Source: an uncultured Chloroflexia bacterium (lineage in GTDB: Bacteria; Chloroflexota; Anaerolineae; CG2-30-64-16). Taken from it: a DNA stretch of 64,000 nucleotides. The translations under genes and the position numbers were made by a program. A model generated the notes under the pieces. That model was not told where the DNA came from. It ran no database searches and saw nothing but the letters and a program-made list of their open reading frames with translations. Below, one piece after another: positions 23,301 through 32,428 of this stretch; the stretch's first letter is position 1; each line of letters begins with the position of its first letter. Location of the stretch: the NCBI GenBank assembly GCA_963810095.1, contig CAWEMM010000011.1, forward strand, positions 128,001 to 192,000. The letters are read 5' to 3'.

Positions 23301-25568
23301 CCCACTCGGCGCGCTGCTGGTGGTCAGGGGGAAGCAGCCTGTGAAGTTGGCAGTAACAGACCGGTCACCGTTCAGCGTCAGCGACACCGGGTTGGTGGGG
23401 CCGGCGGCATCTCCGTTCCAATCGACAAACTGGTAGCCGGTTGCGGGCTGCGCCTGCAGCTGGAGCTGTGAGCCGATGTTGTACAGGTTCTGTCCGTTGG
23501 CGCCGCCCTGGCAGTTCGGCGCGGGGCTGATCGACACGTTGCCACTGCTGCTGGGCGCAACTGATGCGCTGAGCAGCGAGCAGGCGCGGGTGCCGAAGTT
23601 CTCGACCACCGAGCAACCCTTGAGCGCAGCCGTGACGCTCGTCGGCGACGTGGCGGAGTAACCCGTGGGCAGTTCGTAACTGACCTGGTAGTCGCCGAGC
23701 TGCAGGCCCGTGAACTGGTAGTATCCGGAGCTCAAAGTCGTGGCCGGCGCACTGGCCTGCGAGCCGTTCTTGGTCAGCCGCACGGTGACGCCGGCCACGC
23801 CGGCCTCGCCGACGTCTCTCACCATGTTCGCGTTGGCGTCCAGGAACACGTACCCTTCGACCTTGCCGGTCGAGCAGGTGATCGCGGTTCCGGTGGAAGT
23901 CGCCGTCGACGTCTGCGTGCCGGTCGCAGTGGTCGATGCAGTGGGCGTGCTCGATGCACGCACCGTCGGGGTCACGGATGGGGTCGAGGTGGCAGTCCCG
24001 GTCTGCGTGGCCGTGGGACTGGGTCCCGGTGTTGCCGTCAATGTACGCGTGGCGGTCGGCGACTGGGTGGCCGTGGGCGTGGCGGTGGGAAGCGGCGCAA
24101 CGACCTTGTACCCAACCGTGTCCGCCGAGCCGGTCGTCAGGTCGCCCAGCGACCACGTGATCACTCGGCCATCGACTGTGGCTCGACTTGCCGGGAAGAT
24201 CGAACCCGGTACAAGTTCTACGTTGGACGGGACGGCATTCGTGATGACCGCGTTGGTGGCGATGCCCGCACCCAGCACTTGGTAGTCGATGAAGTAGCTG
24301 ATCTGGTCGCCCGGATTGATGGGGCCGTCGGGCGAAGACCACAGCGACAAGGCGATGCGGGGACCGACGGGCGTGTTTGTCACGGTCGGCGTCGAGGTGG
24401 GGGCCACGGTGTCGGTGGGTTGCGGTGTGTCACTTGGCGTAGGCGTAGGGGTGCGCGGGATCGTGACCGCAGCCCACAGACCGTCGTTCGTGCCTGCCAG
24501 GAGCCGGTTGTACGCCGCCCACCGGACCAGGTAAATCTTGCGCCCGGGCTCGCCAAGCCCATCAAACATCCATTGCCCGTCTTCGTAGCGATACATGCCC
24601 GAATCGCGGGTCCCTGCATAAAGTGCGAGGTCCCAGCCCTGGCTGACGGTATAGATCGACGACGGCCCGCCGAGCGGCGCCCAGGTCGCACCGCCATCCT
24701 TGCTCGAGAAAACGCCCCCGGAGTTCGTGCCCGCCCAAATCTCTCCTGATCCGGACCGGTCGTACGCGAAATCGTATACGCCGTACCCAACCAGGCCGGC
24801 CGGCTGCCAGACCTTGCCGCCATCGTAGGAAACGTAGGCGCCGTTGACCGTTCCCAACCCGACGATGCCGGGAACCGCGAAGAGGGTCAGTATCTTGCGG
24901 TCGTTCGCGCCGGTGCGGATGCCCGTATTGGCTGGGGTCCAATTAGCGCCTTCGTTCGTGGTACGGAAGATGCCCTGATCGTACGTGCCGACCAACGCCA
25001 CGTTCTGCGCATCGCAGGAGACCGCCGAAATATACAGCTGGGTGAGCCCCGTGTTCACCTGCGTCCACTGCCCCAGCTGCGGATCGTGACGAAACACGCC
25101 GCCGCCCCACGTGCCAGCGTAGATCTTGCCGGAAGGACAGACGGCGAAGGCTTGTATGCTCCGGTTGGTCAGGCCGATCGTGCTCATCTGGATCCACGAC
25201 TGGCCCGCGTCCTGGCTGCGGAAAAGCCCCACGCCATCAATGGCCGCGAAGGTGAAGTTGGGGCTCGATTGGATCACGACGATCCAGCGCACGTCGCCGA
25301 AGCTGTTGGGCGTCTTGCTCCAGCCTGTCGATTGGGTCCCGGCCGGGCTCGCTGCGGGACCAGGTCCAGCGCTCCAGCCGCGCGGAGGCTCGGGCGCGCC
25401 ATCCGGCACGCTGGCGGGGGCTGCAGGCGTGGAGGCGTCCTGAGCACTGACCGCGGCGGCTGGCAGCAGCGAGGTGAGCAGCGCGACGAGCATGATGAGC
25501 GCCAAAAGCGTTCTGTTCGGCGCTTGTGCTCGCTTCCCGGAACTGGACCGAAACATGGGCTCCTCCAA
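20307..25568 (-). CDS. 1753-aa secreted adhesin-like protein: Asp-box beta-propeller, DUF11-like, SdrD B-like, 11 divergent InlB-B-like repeats, Thr-Pro tracts, C-terminal LYLPLIQR
   Basis: Intact ORF with signal peptide, SxDGGxxW Asp-boxes, [10 protein letters not shown]...GEAGVAGV, and repeated G..V.LTA.P..GY.F..WSGD...VTANF units. Confidence 0.9.
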   Translation of the reverse strand: MEEPMFRSSSGKRAQAPNRTLLALIMLVALLTSLLPAAAVSAQDASTPAAPASVPDGAPEPPRGWSAGPGPAASPAGTQSTGWSKTPNSFGDVRWIVVIQSSPNFTFAAIDGVGLFRSQDAGQSWIQMSTIGLTNRSIQAFAVCPSGKIYAGTWGGGVFRHDPQLGQWTQVNTGLTQLYISAVSCDAQNVALVGTYDQGIFRTTNEGANWTPANTGIRTGANDRKILTLFAVPGIVGLGTVNGAYVSYDGGKVWQPAGLVGYGVYDFAYDRSGSGEIWAGTNSGGVFSSKDGGATWAPLGGPSSIYTVSQGWDLALYAGTRDSGMYRYEDGQWMFDGLGEPGRKIYLVRWAAYNRLLAGTNDGLWAAVTIPRTPTPTPSDTPQPTDTVAPTSTPTVTNTPVGPRIALSLWSSPDGPINPGDQISYFIDYQVLGAGIATNAVITNAVPSNVELVPGSIFPASRATVDGRVITWSLGDLTTGSADTVGYKVVAPLPTATPTATQSPTATRTLTATPGPSPTATQTGTATSTPSVTPTVRASSTPTASTTATGTQTSTATSTGTAITCSTGKVEGYVFLDANANMVRDVGEAGVAGVTVRLTKNGSQASAPATTLSSGYYQFTGLQLGDYQVSYELPTGYSATSPTSVTAALKGCSVVENFGTRACSLLSASVAPSSSGNVSISPAPNCQGGANGQNLYNIGSQLQLQAQPATGYQFVDWNGDAAGPTNPVSLTLNGDRSVTANFTGCFPLTTSSAPSGSGTVSASVAPNCQGGGANLYNPGTVVNLTASPASNWNFKSWSGDVTGSTSPASVTMSAARSVTADFEACVAASTAINPTGGGTSSVTTAPNCQGGTKYKPNTQVNITTSPASAYFLFKNWTTTSGSLGSATAQNTTLSLGTTDAKATANYDECKTLTTAAQPAADGSVSVKTAPNCGVDRYLPGTAVTLEAVPVTGKTFQQWSGDVPTADQKKNPVTITMDANKNVTALFEISCFSLATTVSPASSGAVVPLPAPNCAADATKYTYGTNVSLTANPASGYKFSSWTGDASGAVSPVTVSMTANKSVTANFTACFPLTTQSNPAGGGAVNRDVAPNCQGGGTNMYNPGTVVNLTAAPAIDFAFKDWSGPVSSVSANPTSVTMDAAKTVTANFLSCVGVTVATSGGTGATAKVDSAPNCPGGGTKYAPNSTVNISTSSSSAYDVFKQWSASSGSVAAPTSPNTTLTLGTANSTVTANYDTCKILSAAPSPFGAGSIGKSPAPNCGGDRYLPGTSVALTASANTGYVFDQWSGDVTGTANPTTITMNADKAVQANFIDACFTLTSGVLPAGAGTISANVAPNCTTAAGQYKYGTVVQLTAAPENDYAFDYWSGDVPLSQDSRANPITITMDGEKSLTARFAGCYSLSKGVSPSGSGTVGAAPAPNCKGGTKYVPNTFVQLTASPATDYGFSSWSGDVTGSANPTGVSMSANKSVTANFQACVAVTTAVSPLGAGVVSVGAPNCPGGGTKYQPGVAIAISASVNTGFNFNNWTATSGSLGGSTSPATSFTPSTLDVTVTANYLAWTPTPTNTPTNTPTYTPTSTPSNTPTNTPTNTPTPTHTPTWTPTDTATWTPTWTPTWTPTDTATSTPTWTPTDTATWTPTWTPTDTPVPPTATYTLTPTDTPEPPTATYTLTPTDTPVPAPVDTDTPTPETPLAPPVPDIYLPLPAGAAPRAVGNSVSVLNRGAYAYWSFDGGSYQSRSNSVFNGDLTRLYLPLIQR
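20510..20900 (-). repeat. Thr-Pro low-complexity repeat (TPTW/TPTN/TPTD)
   Basis: 12-bp degenerate tandem units such as gtcggcgtccac encode (TPTx)n. Confidence 0.85.
20905..23583 (-). repeat. 11 tandem ~80-aa Cys-containing repeats
   Basis: Each unit starts with Cys and contains APNC. Counted from the translated ORF. Confidence 0.88.
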
Positions 25569-25626
25569 TAATCTCTACAACGACTGCATGCTCCGACCGC
25601 CACCCCTCGGGAGGACGGCGCGGCCA

Positions 25627-27597
25627 TTACTTAGTCTTCGGCGGCACGGGCACGGGCGTCGGCGTGAGCCCGCCCCAAACAAGCAGCCGGGCGCCCTCGG
25701 TGGTGGGCTGCGTCAGCCGCGCATAGGGATCTTTACGAACCACCAGGACCGTCCAATACAGACGATCGCCGCTTAACTGGCCCGTCGAAGCCATCGAGTC
25801 GATATTCACCTTCGCCTGATTCTTCGTCGTAACCGGTGCAAGGCCGCGGGCGTCGGCAGGCGTCTGGTCGGGGCTCCAGTAGACCACCTCGTACGCCGCG
25901 CCGGCCGGCAATGGACCCGCAGGCTGCCAACGGAAGACAACCGCCTCGTTCAAGCTCACGTTATCTTTTGGATCCAGAAGCACGGGCGGCGCGACTGCCG
26001 CGGGCGCTGCAGTCGCCGGTGGCGGCACCTTGGCCGTGGCCGCCGGCTTCGCGCCTGAAGTCTTTGGCGCAGCCGCCGTGCCCGGCGTGGTCGGCGTAAT
26101 CGTTGCTGTCGGCGCGACCGTCGCCGTCGGCGGCACAGGGGTCGCAGTCGGCGTCAAGGTGGGGGTCGACGTACGTGTCGGCGGCCTCTCGGCAATCCGG
26201 GTCGCCGTGTCCCCGGTCACCTGCCCCGTTCCGCTGCCCGGCTCGACCATGACCTTGGCCGTCATGTTCCACAACAGGCGGTCGTCCGTCCGGTCTGGCG
26301 CAAGATAGACGGTGTACGTAATATCGCCCTGGGTGTTCTGGCCGATGCTCCGGACGCGTGTAACTTGTGCCGGCAGCTCCAGGTCGGGAATCGCATCAAA
26401 GGCGACGATCGCTCGGTCGCCCGGCCGGACGCCGACGACGCGCAGTTCGGTCAAGTCACGCGTTTCGATCAGCCAGGAAGAGAAGTCAGCGAGCTGGACG
26501 GCGGGGGCGGTCGGTCCCACCTGCTGCCCGATGGATACGTCGACCGACGCGATCTGCCCCGCAAACGGCGCCCTGAGCTCGGTCTCCCCCAGCCCGGCCT
26601 GAGCCTGCTGCAGCTGCGCGTGGGCCGCGGCCAGATCCGCTTCGGCCGCCAGCAGCTCTTCGGCCTGCGGACCGGCCAAGAACAGCTCGAGTTTGGCCCT
26701 GGCCTGGCGCACGTCGGCCTCGGCCGCCGCGACGTCGGAGGGCCGCGGTGGTGCCAGCCTACCCTGCAGCTCAGCCCGCGCCCGGTCCACCTGGGCCTTC
26801 GCGTTGGCGATGTCTGCGGGGTTGGGACCGCGTTTCGCGCTCTCATACCGCGCCTTCGCCGCGTCGTACTCATTGGTACGCTGCTGCAAAGCCAGGGCCT
26901 GCGGACTCATGCCGGCCATGGGATATTCGCCGATGCGGTCGTACTCGCTCTGGGCCATCTGCACCTTAGCCGCGGCATTGTCCATGTCGGCCTTAGCCGC
27001 CGCAATGTCGTTCGGATTCGCCGGCGTCTGGGCCTTTTGCAGCACGGCTTCGGCCTGGGCGACGTTGGCCCGGGCGGCTGCAACGTCCGCCTCGCCTGGA
27101 CCGGCCTTCAAGGAGTCGACGCGCGCCTGGGCCGCATCGACGGCAGCCCGGGCGCCGTCGATCTCCTGGCTACGTGACCCGGCCCGCACCTGGCTAAGCC
27201 GCGCTTCGGCGCGCTTGACGTCCGCTTCGGCCTGGGCGACGCTGGCCTGCTGGCGCGCGCTGCCCAGCCGAACCAGCACCTGGTCCATCTCGACGCGGTC
27301 ACCCTCTGCCACCAGCACCTCGTCGACCGTCCCCGTTGTGCCAAAACGCAGATCCGAGCTTCGAATCGGGATGACGTGCCCGTCGGCAATGATACGGTCG
27401 TCTGCCTTGACTGCCGGAAGCGGCGTTGGCGCGGCCGCAGGGGGCTGGGCGTTGCACGCAGTCAACAGCACAAGCAAGGGCAAGCAAAGCAGAGCGTTCC
27501 ACGGGCGCCGGCGGCGATCCGAAGCGTCATGGATCTGCCTGCGCGGCGTATCTTTCTGCGTCATCTGCGTTCTATTCAGTAATGCGGCTGGACGCAT
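25627..27597 (-). CDS. HlyD/MFP efflux adaptor lipoprotein with Pro/Thr linker and extra C-terminal domain
   Basis: Lipobox LTAC, lipoyl-like halves (GTVDEVLVAEGDRV and LRAPFAGQI), long Ala-rich coiled coil. Start uncertain. Confidence 0.88.
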   Translation of the reverse strand: MRPAALLNRTQMTQKDTPRRQIHDASDRRRRPWNALLCLPLLVLLTACNAQPPAAAPTPLPAVKADDRIIADGHVIPIRSSDLRFGTTGTVDEVLVAEGDRVEMDQVLVRLGSARQQASVAQAEADVKRAEARLSQVRAGSRSQEIDGARAAVDAAQARVDSLKAGPGEADVAAARANVAQAEAVLQKAQTPANPNDIAAAKADMDNAAAKVQMAQSEYDRIGEYPMAGMSPQALALQQRTNEYDAAKARYESAKRGPNPADIANAKAQVDRARAELQGRLAPPRPSDVAAAEADVRQARAKLELFLAGPQAEELLAAEADLAAAHAQLQQAQAGLGETELRAPFAGQIASVDVSIGQQVGPTAPAVQLADFSSWLIETRDLTELRVVGVRPGDRAIVAFDAIPDLELPAQVTRVRSIGQNTQGDITYTVYLAPDRTDDRLLWNMTAKVMVEPGSGTGQVTGDTATRIAERPPTRTSTPTLTPTATPVPPTATVAPTATITPTTPGTAAAPKTSGAKPAATAKVPPPATAAPAAVAPPVLLDPKDNVSLNEAVVFRWQPAGPLPAGAAYEVVYWSPDQTPADARGLAPVTTKNQAKVNIDSMASTGQLSGDRLYWTVLVVRKDPYARLTQPTTEGARLLVWGGLTPTPVPVPPKTK

Positions 27598-27608
27598 GTA
27601 CGTTCCCT

Positions 27609-30007
27609 TTACTCGTAGGCCAGCACCTCGCGCACGCTGAGGCGCGAGGCGTTGCGCGCGGGCCACAGGCTCGCAACGGCGGCTAGCAGTAAAACTGCAG
27701 CTAGCCAAATGAACGCGCCGGGTGCGGAGAAGCTGTAGCTGAGCGGCGTGCGCAGAAAGGCGATGCCGACCGCGTTGCTCAGGAAGCGACTCAGGGGCAG
27801 CGCGAGAAGCAGGCCCGCGGACCAACTCAGCACTCCAATCAACGCACCTTCGCCAATAACGATTCCCCGAATTGCAGCGCCCGTTGCGCCGACCGCGCGC
27901 ATCACGCCGATTTCACGCGTACGTTCGAGTACGTTAATGCTCATCGTTCCGGCCAGACCGAGCGCACCTACGACGGCAATCAGCACGGCCATGATCAGGA
28001 GAAACACCACGATGACGTTGAATTGGTTGACTGTGGCCGCCCGCAACTGGCCGATCGTCTGAGTCGAACTGACCCGTAGCCCCGCGGCCTCGAACCGTTG
28101 CTCCAGCGCCCGGGCGAGCTGCATCTGCCCTTGCAGTGTGGCGGCGGGCGCGACTACTTGCACGCTGCCGGCCCGATCGACATTGCGCGCAACCCGCGTA
28201 AAGTACGGATAATTGGCATACACCGTGGGGCCCGAGAGCACCCCTCGGATAATGCCAACGACCGTCCACGTCGTCGGCCGGCCGTCCATCTGCAGCTCGA
28301 TCTGCTGGCCGATGCGAACGTCTGGCTCCTGTTGTAGAAAATCGGTATTGATGACGACCGCGTTCTCGTCATCGTCGAGCAGCCAGCGCCCCCGCCAGAC
28401 GTCAGGCTGCAGGAGTTTTGTGTCCGCCGCGGTGCGATGAGGACGTAGCCTTCGCTCTCGGTGCCGTCGGGGCGCTCGCGGCGGACACTCTGGTATCCCC
28501 AGGTTTCCGCGGCCAGAACGCCAGGCACGGACCGGGCCTGCTGTTCGATGTCGTCGACGCGGTAGGGGCGATTGAAGACAACCCCCACGTCATATTGCCA
28601 GTACTTGAGCGCGTCGTCAAGTGTTAGCAGCAGCGACGCGCGCACGCTGAACACCGACATGAAGATGGCGCTCCCCAAGCTGAGGGTGATCAGCGTGAGC
28701 GCCAGCCTCCGCTTGCGCCGGAATGTGTTGCGGAGCGACAGCACGAGCGGCCGCGAGAGGAACCGGATGGCCGACAGGATGCGGTCGACCGGCCCACGCC
28801 CGAACCCCCCTCCCGACAGGCCGTAGTTCGTGATGGCCTCGCGCACCGTGATGCGCGCACCCCCGCGTACCGGGCCGATGGCGGCTGCCAGGGGCACCAG
28901 TAGGGCCGCAGCAGCCTGGATGCCGAACACCCAGAGTGGCACCTGGAAGCCCTTCAAGTCAAAGTTGACCAGCCGGGCGAGGAAGCTCACGATTGCCCGC
29001 GCGGCCAGCATGCTGAGCGGCACCGCGATGGCAAGGGCGACGAGACCCAGCGCCAACACCATCGTAAGGTACATGCCCGAGAGCTGCGCCGACGTCGCGC
29101 CCACCGCCTTCATAACGCCAATCTGCCGCACCTGCTGCGCCAGCAGCGCCGAAATGGTGTTGACGATCAGGAAAGCGCTGAGAATGAGGGTCAGGACGCC
29201 CAGCGCGGTCAACAACATGACCATCGGTTCGACGAACCGTTGGAAGGGGTGGCGGCCCGGCGTGGGCACTTCGGTGTAGTAGACGCGGCGCCCGCTCTTC
29301 TCGATCTTGTAGCGCACATCCTGCGTCACGTCGAGAATGTGCTCCCGGTCGAGCTTGCCGTGCTTGACGACAAACTGGAGCTCGTTAAAGCTGTTTGGCG
29401 CGCCCAGCCACTCCAACGTGCCAGGGCTAATATAGGCATAGACGCGGTTGGAGAACGTCGGCGAGGGCAGCGTCGCGTCGTGCACCGTCCCGGTCACCTT
29501 CAGCTCGCGCTCGCTGTCGTTCGGCATCCGGATCGTGATCGTGTCGCCGACGGTGGCGCCTGCCAGGGCGAGCGCACCCCGCTCGATGAGGATATCGCGA
29601 TCGGCGGGCGGGTACGCGCCCACCTCGGGGGTGATCCGGTCGATCTGCATCGACTCGTAATCGGGGATGGCGAAGAGCGTGATGTCGCGCCATTGGGGTT
29701 CGCCAGACTCGGTTCCCTTGACCTGGACGCGAGCGCTGACGGTGCGCCGTCCCTCGGCCTCGCCCACGCCCGACAGATTCCGGATGGTCTGCACCAACTC
29801 GTCGTCAAACGGATCGGAGACGATGCTTGCGCTGGCCGGGTTGGCCGCGTTGTAGCCTGCGGGCAGGTCACGGGAGATGATGGCATAGCTCGCGCCGATA
29901 ATCCCCAGGGCAGCCACGCCCACGGCAATAGAGAGGACCACGAGGAGGGTGCGCGCCCGGTTGCCCCAGAGATCGCGAAGCACCTTGCGCCAGCGGGGCG
30001 CGATCAT
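27609..30007 (-). CDS. FtsX/MacB-type ABC transporter permease (two FtsX domains), frameshift ~28430
   Basis: [29 protein letters not shown] and [14 protein letters not shown] in ORFs 28154..30007 and 27609..28289. Confidence 0.92.
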
Positions 30008-30840
30008 GCGCCGGTCTCCGCCGGGGCTGCTGCCGCCGCCAGCTCCCCGGGGGTCTGGCCCGAGTCGTCAAGGGCAACAAACTGGCCGTCGGCGATGCGG
30101 AGGGTCCGCGTGACGCGCTGTGAAAGGTCGCGATCGTGGGTCACCATGACCACGGTCTTGCCGCCGGCGACCGCCTCGGTGAAGAGATGAAAGACCGCCT
30201 CCGCGGTGCGCGAGTCGAGGTTGCCCGTCGGCTCGTCGGCGATCAGGATAGGCGGGTCGTTGGCCAGCGCCCGGGCAATGGCGACGCGCTGCTGTTCGCC
30301 GCCCGAAAGGGTCGTAGGCAGCTTGTCGGCATGGCGCGACATCTCGACGCGATCGAGGAGGGCCAGCGCACGCTTACGCCGCTCGCGCACCGGATAGGTG
30401 TTGCAGAAATCCATCGGCAGCATGACGTTTTCCGCCACGCTGAGCATGGGCAGGAGCTGGAAAAACTGGAAGACGAGCCCGACGTTGCGCCCCCGCCAGA
30501 CCGCCATCTTCTCTTCGTTAAGGGTGTGCACCGCGGTATCGCCGATGTAGATTTCCCCCGAGGTTGGCCGGTCGATACCCGTCAGCATGTTGATGAGCGT
30601 CGACTTGCCCGAGCCGGATTTGCCGACAATCGCAAGGAACTCGCCGGGGTTGACGCACAGGTCGACACCCCTGAGGGCCATGAAGCTGGCTCCCGCTTCG
30701 CCCGCCCGCGGCCCAAGCGCAAATGTCTTGACGACGTTGCGCACCTCGATGAGGTGGGTGTTGCCATAGCGATAGTGCGGGCCAGCGCCGGCCGCGTCGC
30801 CCTGCGCGCTCGCTGCAGGCTGCCGGGAGTTACGTCGCAC
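30004..30840 (-). CDS. ABC transporter ATP-binding protein (LolD/MacB-like)
   Basis: [49 protein letters not shown]. Confidence 0.95.
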   Translation of the reverse strand: MRRNSRQPAASAQGDAAGAGPHYRYGNTHLIEVRNVVKTFALGPRAGEAGASFMALRGVDLCVNPGEFLAIVGKSGSGKSTLINMLTGIDRPTSGEIYIGDTAVHTLNEEKMAVWRGRNVGLVFQFFQLLPMLSVAENVMLPMDFCNTYPVRERRKRALALLDRVEMSRHADKLPTTLSGGEQQRVAIARALANDPPILIADEPTGNLDSRTAEAVFHLFTEAVAGGKTVVMVTHDRDLSQRVTRTLRIADGQFVALDDSGQTPGELAAAAAPAETGA

Positions 30841-31172
30841 GAGGATCTCCTCGATCTCGGATCAGAACTGCGCCTGCGGCGCCGGTCGCGCAACAGCGCG
30901 GAGTCGGCCCGCCTTTGGGAACACGATCGGATTTCGGATGTGCCGGTCGCTTGCGCTGGCTGGAGCTCGCCACCACTGGGCACGGGAGACGGTCCGGGGA
31001 TTATGCGGCCGCCGAGCGCGCGCCAGAGCCCACGGGACCTGGCAGCCACGGAAGTATACCATAGGTGAGATTGGAGGGCGAAGTTCGGCGGTCAGATTCT
31101 ATTGGCAGGGCCGGGCAGACCTGATGAAAAACTCGCCGTGTGGTGGTATACTGCGGTCTGACGGAGGCGCCC

Positions 31173-32252
31173 ATGTCGACTCGAACCTGCATCATCAACT
31201 GCTTCGCCGCCAAGCCCGATCCTGAGCCGCGCCCCCCACTCCTCCTCGATCTGACCCTGTGGCACAAGTGGCATCGCGAGCGCGGCACCTTGCCCCGCGG
31301 CTGGGACACCGTGATCGACGCGGCAAAGGCCTTGGGCACGCCCGTGTGGGCGCCGTTCAAGCCTTGGCGCACCGAGTACGACTGCTTGTTTGGCACAGAG
31401 GAAACTGCTGAGGCGCGCACAGTCGTGTACCGTGCCGGCGGCCGCACGTTGGTGGCCCGCTGGACGCGGGGACCCGACGGAGACTGGTGGCAGACGGAGT
31501 ACCCGGTGAAGTCGCCGGAAGACCTGGAGACGGCCGTCCTGATTGCTGCCGCGCGCCGTTATGTCCTTGACCCGGCGGGGCTGGCCGAGTGGCGGGCAGC
31601 CGTGGGCGAAGCGGGCGTCGTCCCGCTGGAACTCCCGATGCAACCGTACTCCGACGTGCTGCACACGCTCGTCGGCTGGGGCGACGGCCTCGCGCTCATG
31701 CTGGGCGAGGGCAAGCCGCTGGTGGGCGAGATCGTTGCCAGCCTGCAGGCCGCGCTCCTGCAGTTGGCAGGCGACCTGGGCGGACTGGACGCCGACCTAT
31801 TCCTCGCGCCCGACAACCTGGACGGCCAGTACATCTCGCCCCGCTCGTTCAAGGAGTACCTCGGTCCCGGCTACGCCGCGACGGCGAGTGTGGGCCAGCG
31901 CTGCAACACCGCGACCGTGGTGCACGTGGGCGGGCCGGCCCGCAAGCTCGTCCCGCTGCTTGCGCAGAGCGGCGTCGCCGGCATCGAAGGGCTCGCCGGG
32001 CCGCCCCAGGGCGACGCAACCCTCGCCGATGCCCGGCAGGCCGCCGGACCCGATCTGACGCTGTGGGGCGGCATTCCGCAAGATCTGCTGCTGCCCGAGC
32101 ACAGCGAAGAGGAGTTCGAGGCTGCGGTGCGCGAAGCGCTCGCGCAAGCCTCAGGCGACGCCAGCAGCCGAACGATCCTGGGCGTGGCGGACAGGGTGCC
32201 GGTGAACGCGGACCTGGGGCGCCTGAGGCGGTTGGTGGAACTTATTGGCTGA
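31173..32252 (+). CDS. Uroporphyrinogen decarboxylase / MtaA-CmuA superfamily protein
   Basis: EYPVKSPEDL, DNLDGQYISP..FKEY and LWGGIP pattern. RBS GGAGG and extended -10 TGgTATACT at ~31144-31152. Confidence 0.75.
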   Translation: MSTRTCIINCFAAKPDPEPRPPLLLDLTLWHKWHRERGTLPRGWDTVIDAAKALGTPVWAPFKPWRTEYDCLFGTEETAEARTVVYRAGGRTLVARWTRGPDGDWWQTEYPVKSPEDLETAVLIAAARRYVLDPAGLAEWRAAVGEAGVVPLELPMQPYSDVLHTLVGWGDGLALMLGEGKPLVGEIVASLQAALLQLAGDLGGLDADLFLAPDNLDGQYISPRSFKEYLGPGYAATASVGQRCNTATVVHVGGPARKLVPLLAQSGVAGIEGLAGPPQGDATLADARQAAGPDLTLWGGIPQDLLLPEHSEEEFEAAVREALAQASGDASSRTILGVADRVPVNADLGRLRRLVELIG

Positions 32253-32428
32253 GGGCAGCCACGGTGCTCCGACGTGACGCGGCTCGAACGAGTGACCTTC
32301 CACCACCGTCCCGGCCCTGAAACAGCGTTCAGGCCCGGGACCCGGGACACAGCGGGCCATGGCGCTGCCCAGCAGGCATCTGCCCGCGTGGGCGCTCGCG
32401 TCTCGAGTGGAGTAGTCCGCGGCGCTGC

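Noticed and set aside
30862-31062. Small ORF upstream of the ABC ATPase as a leader or RiPP precursor
   Set aside because: No RBS, Arg/Ala/Pro-rich composition typical of non-coding frames, and no modifying enzymes nearby.
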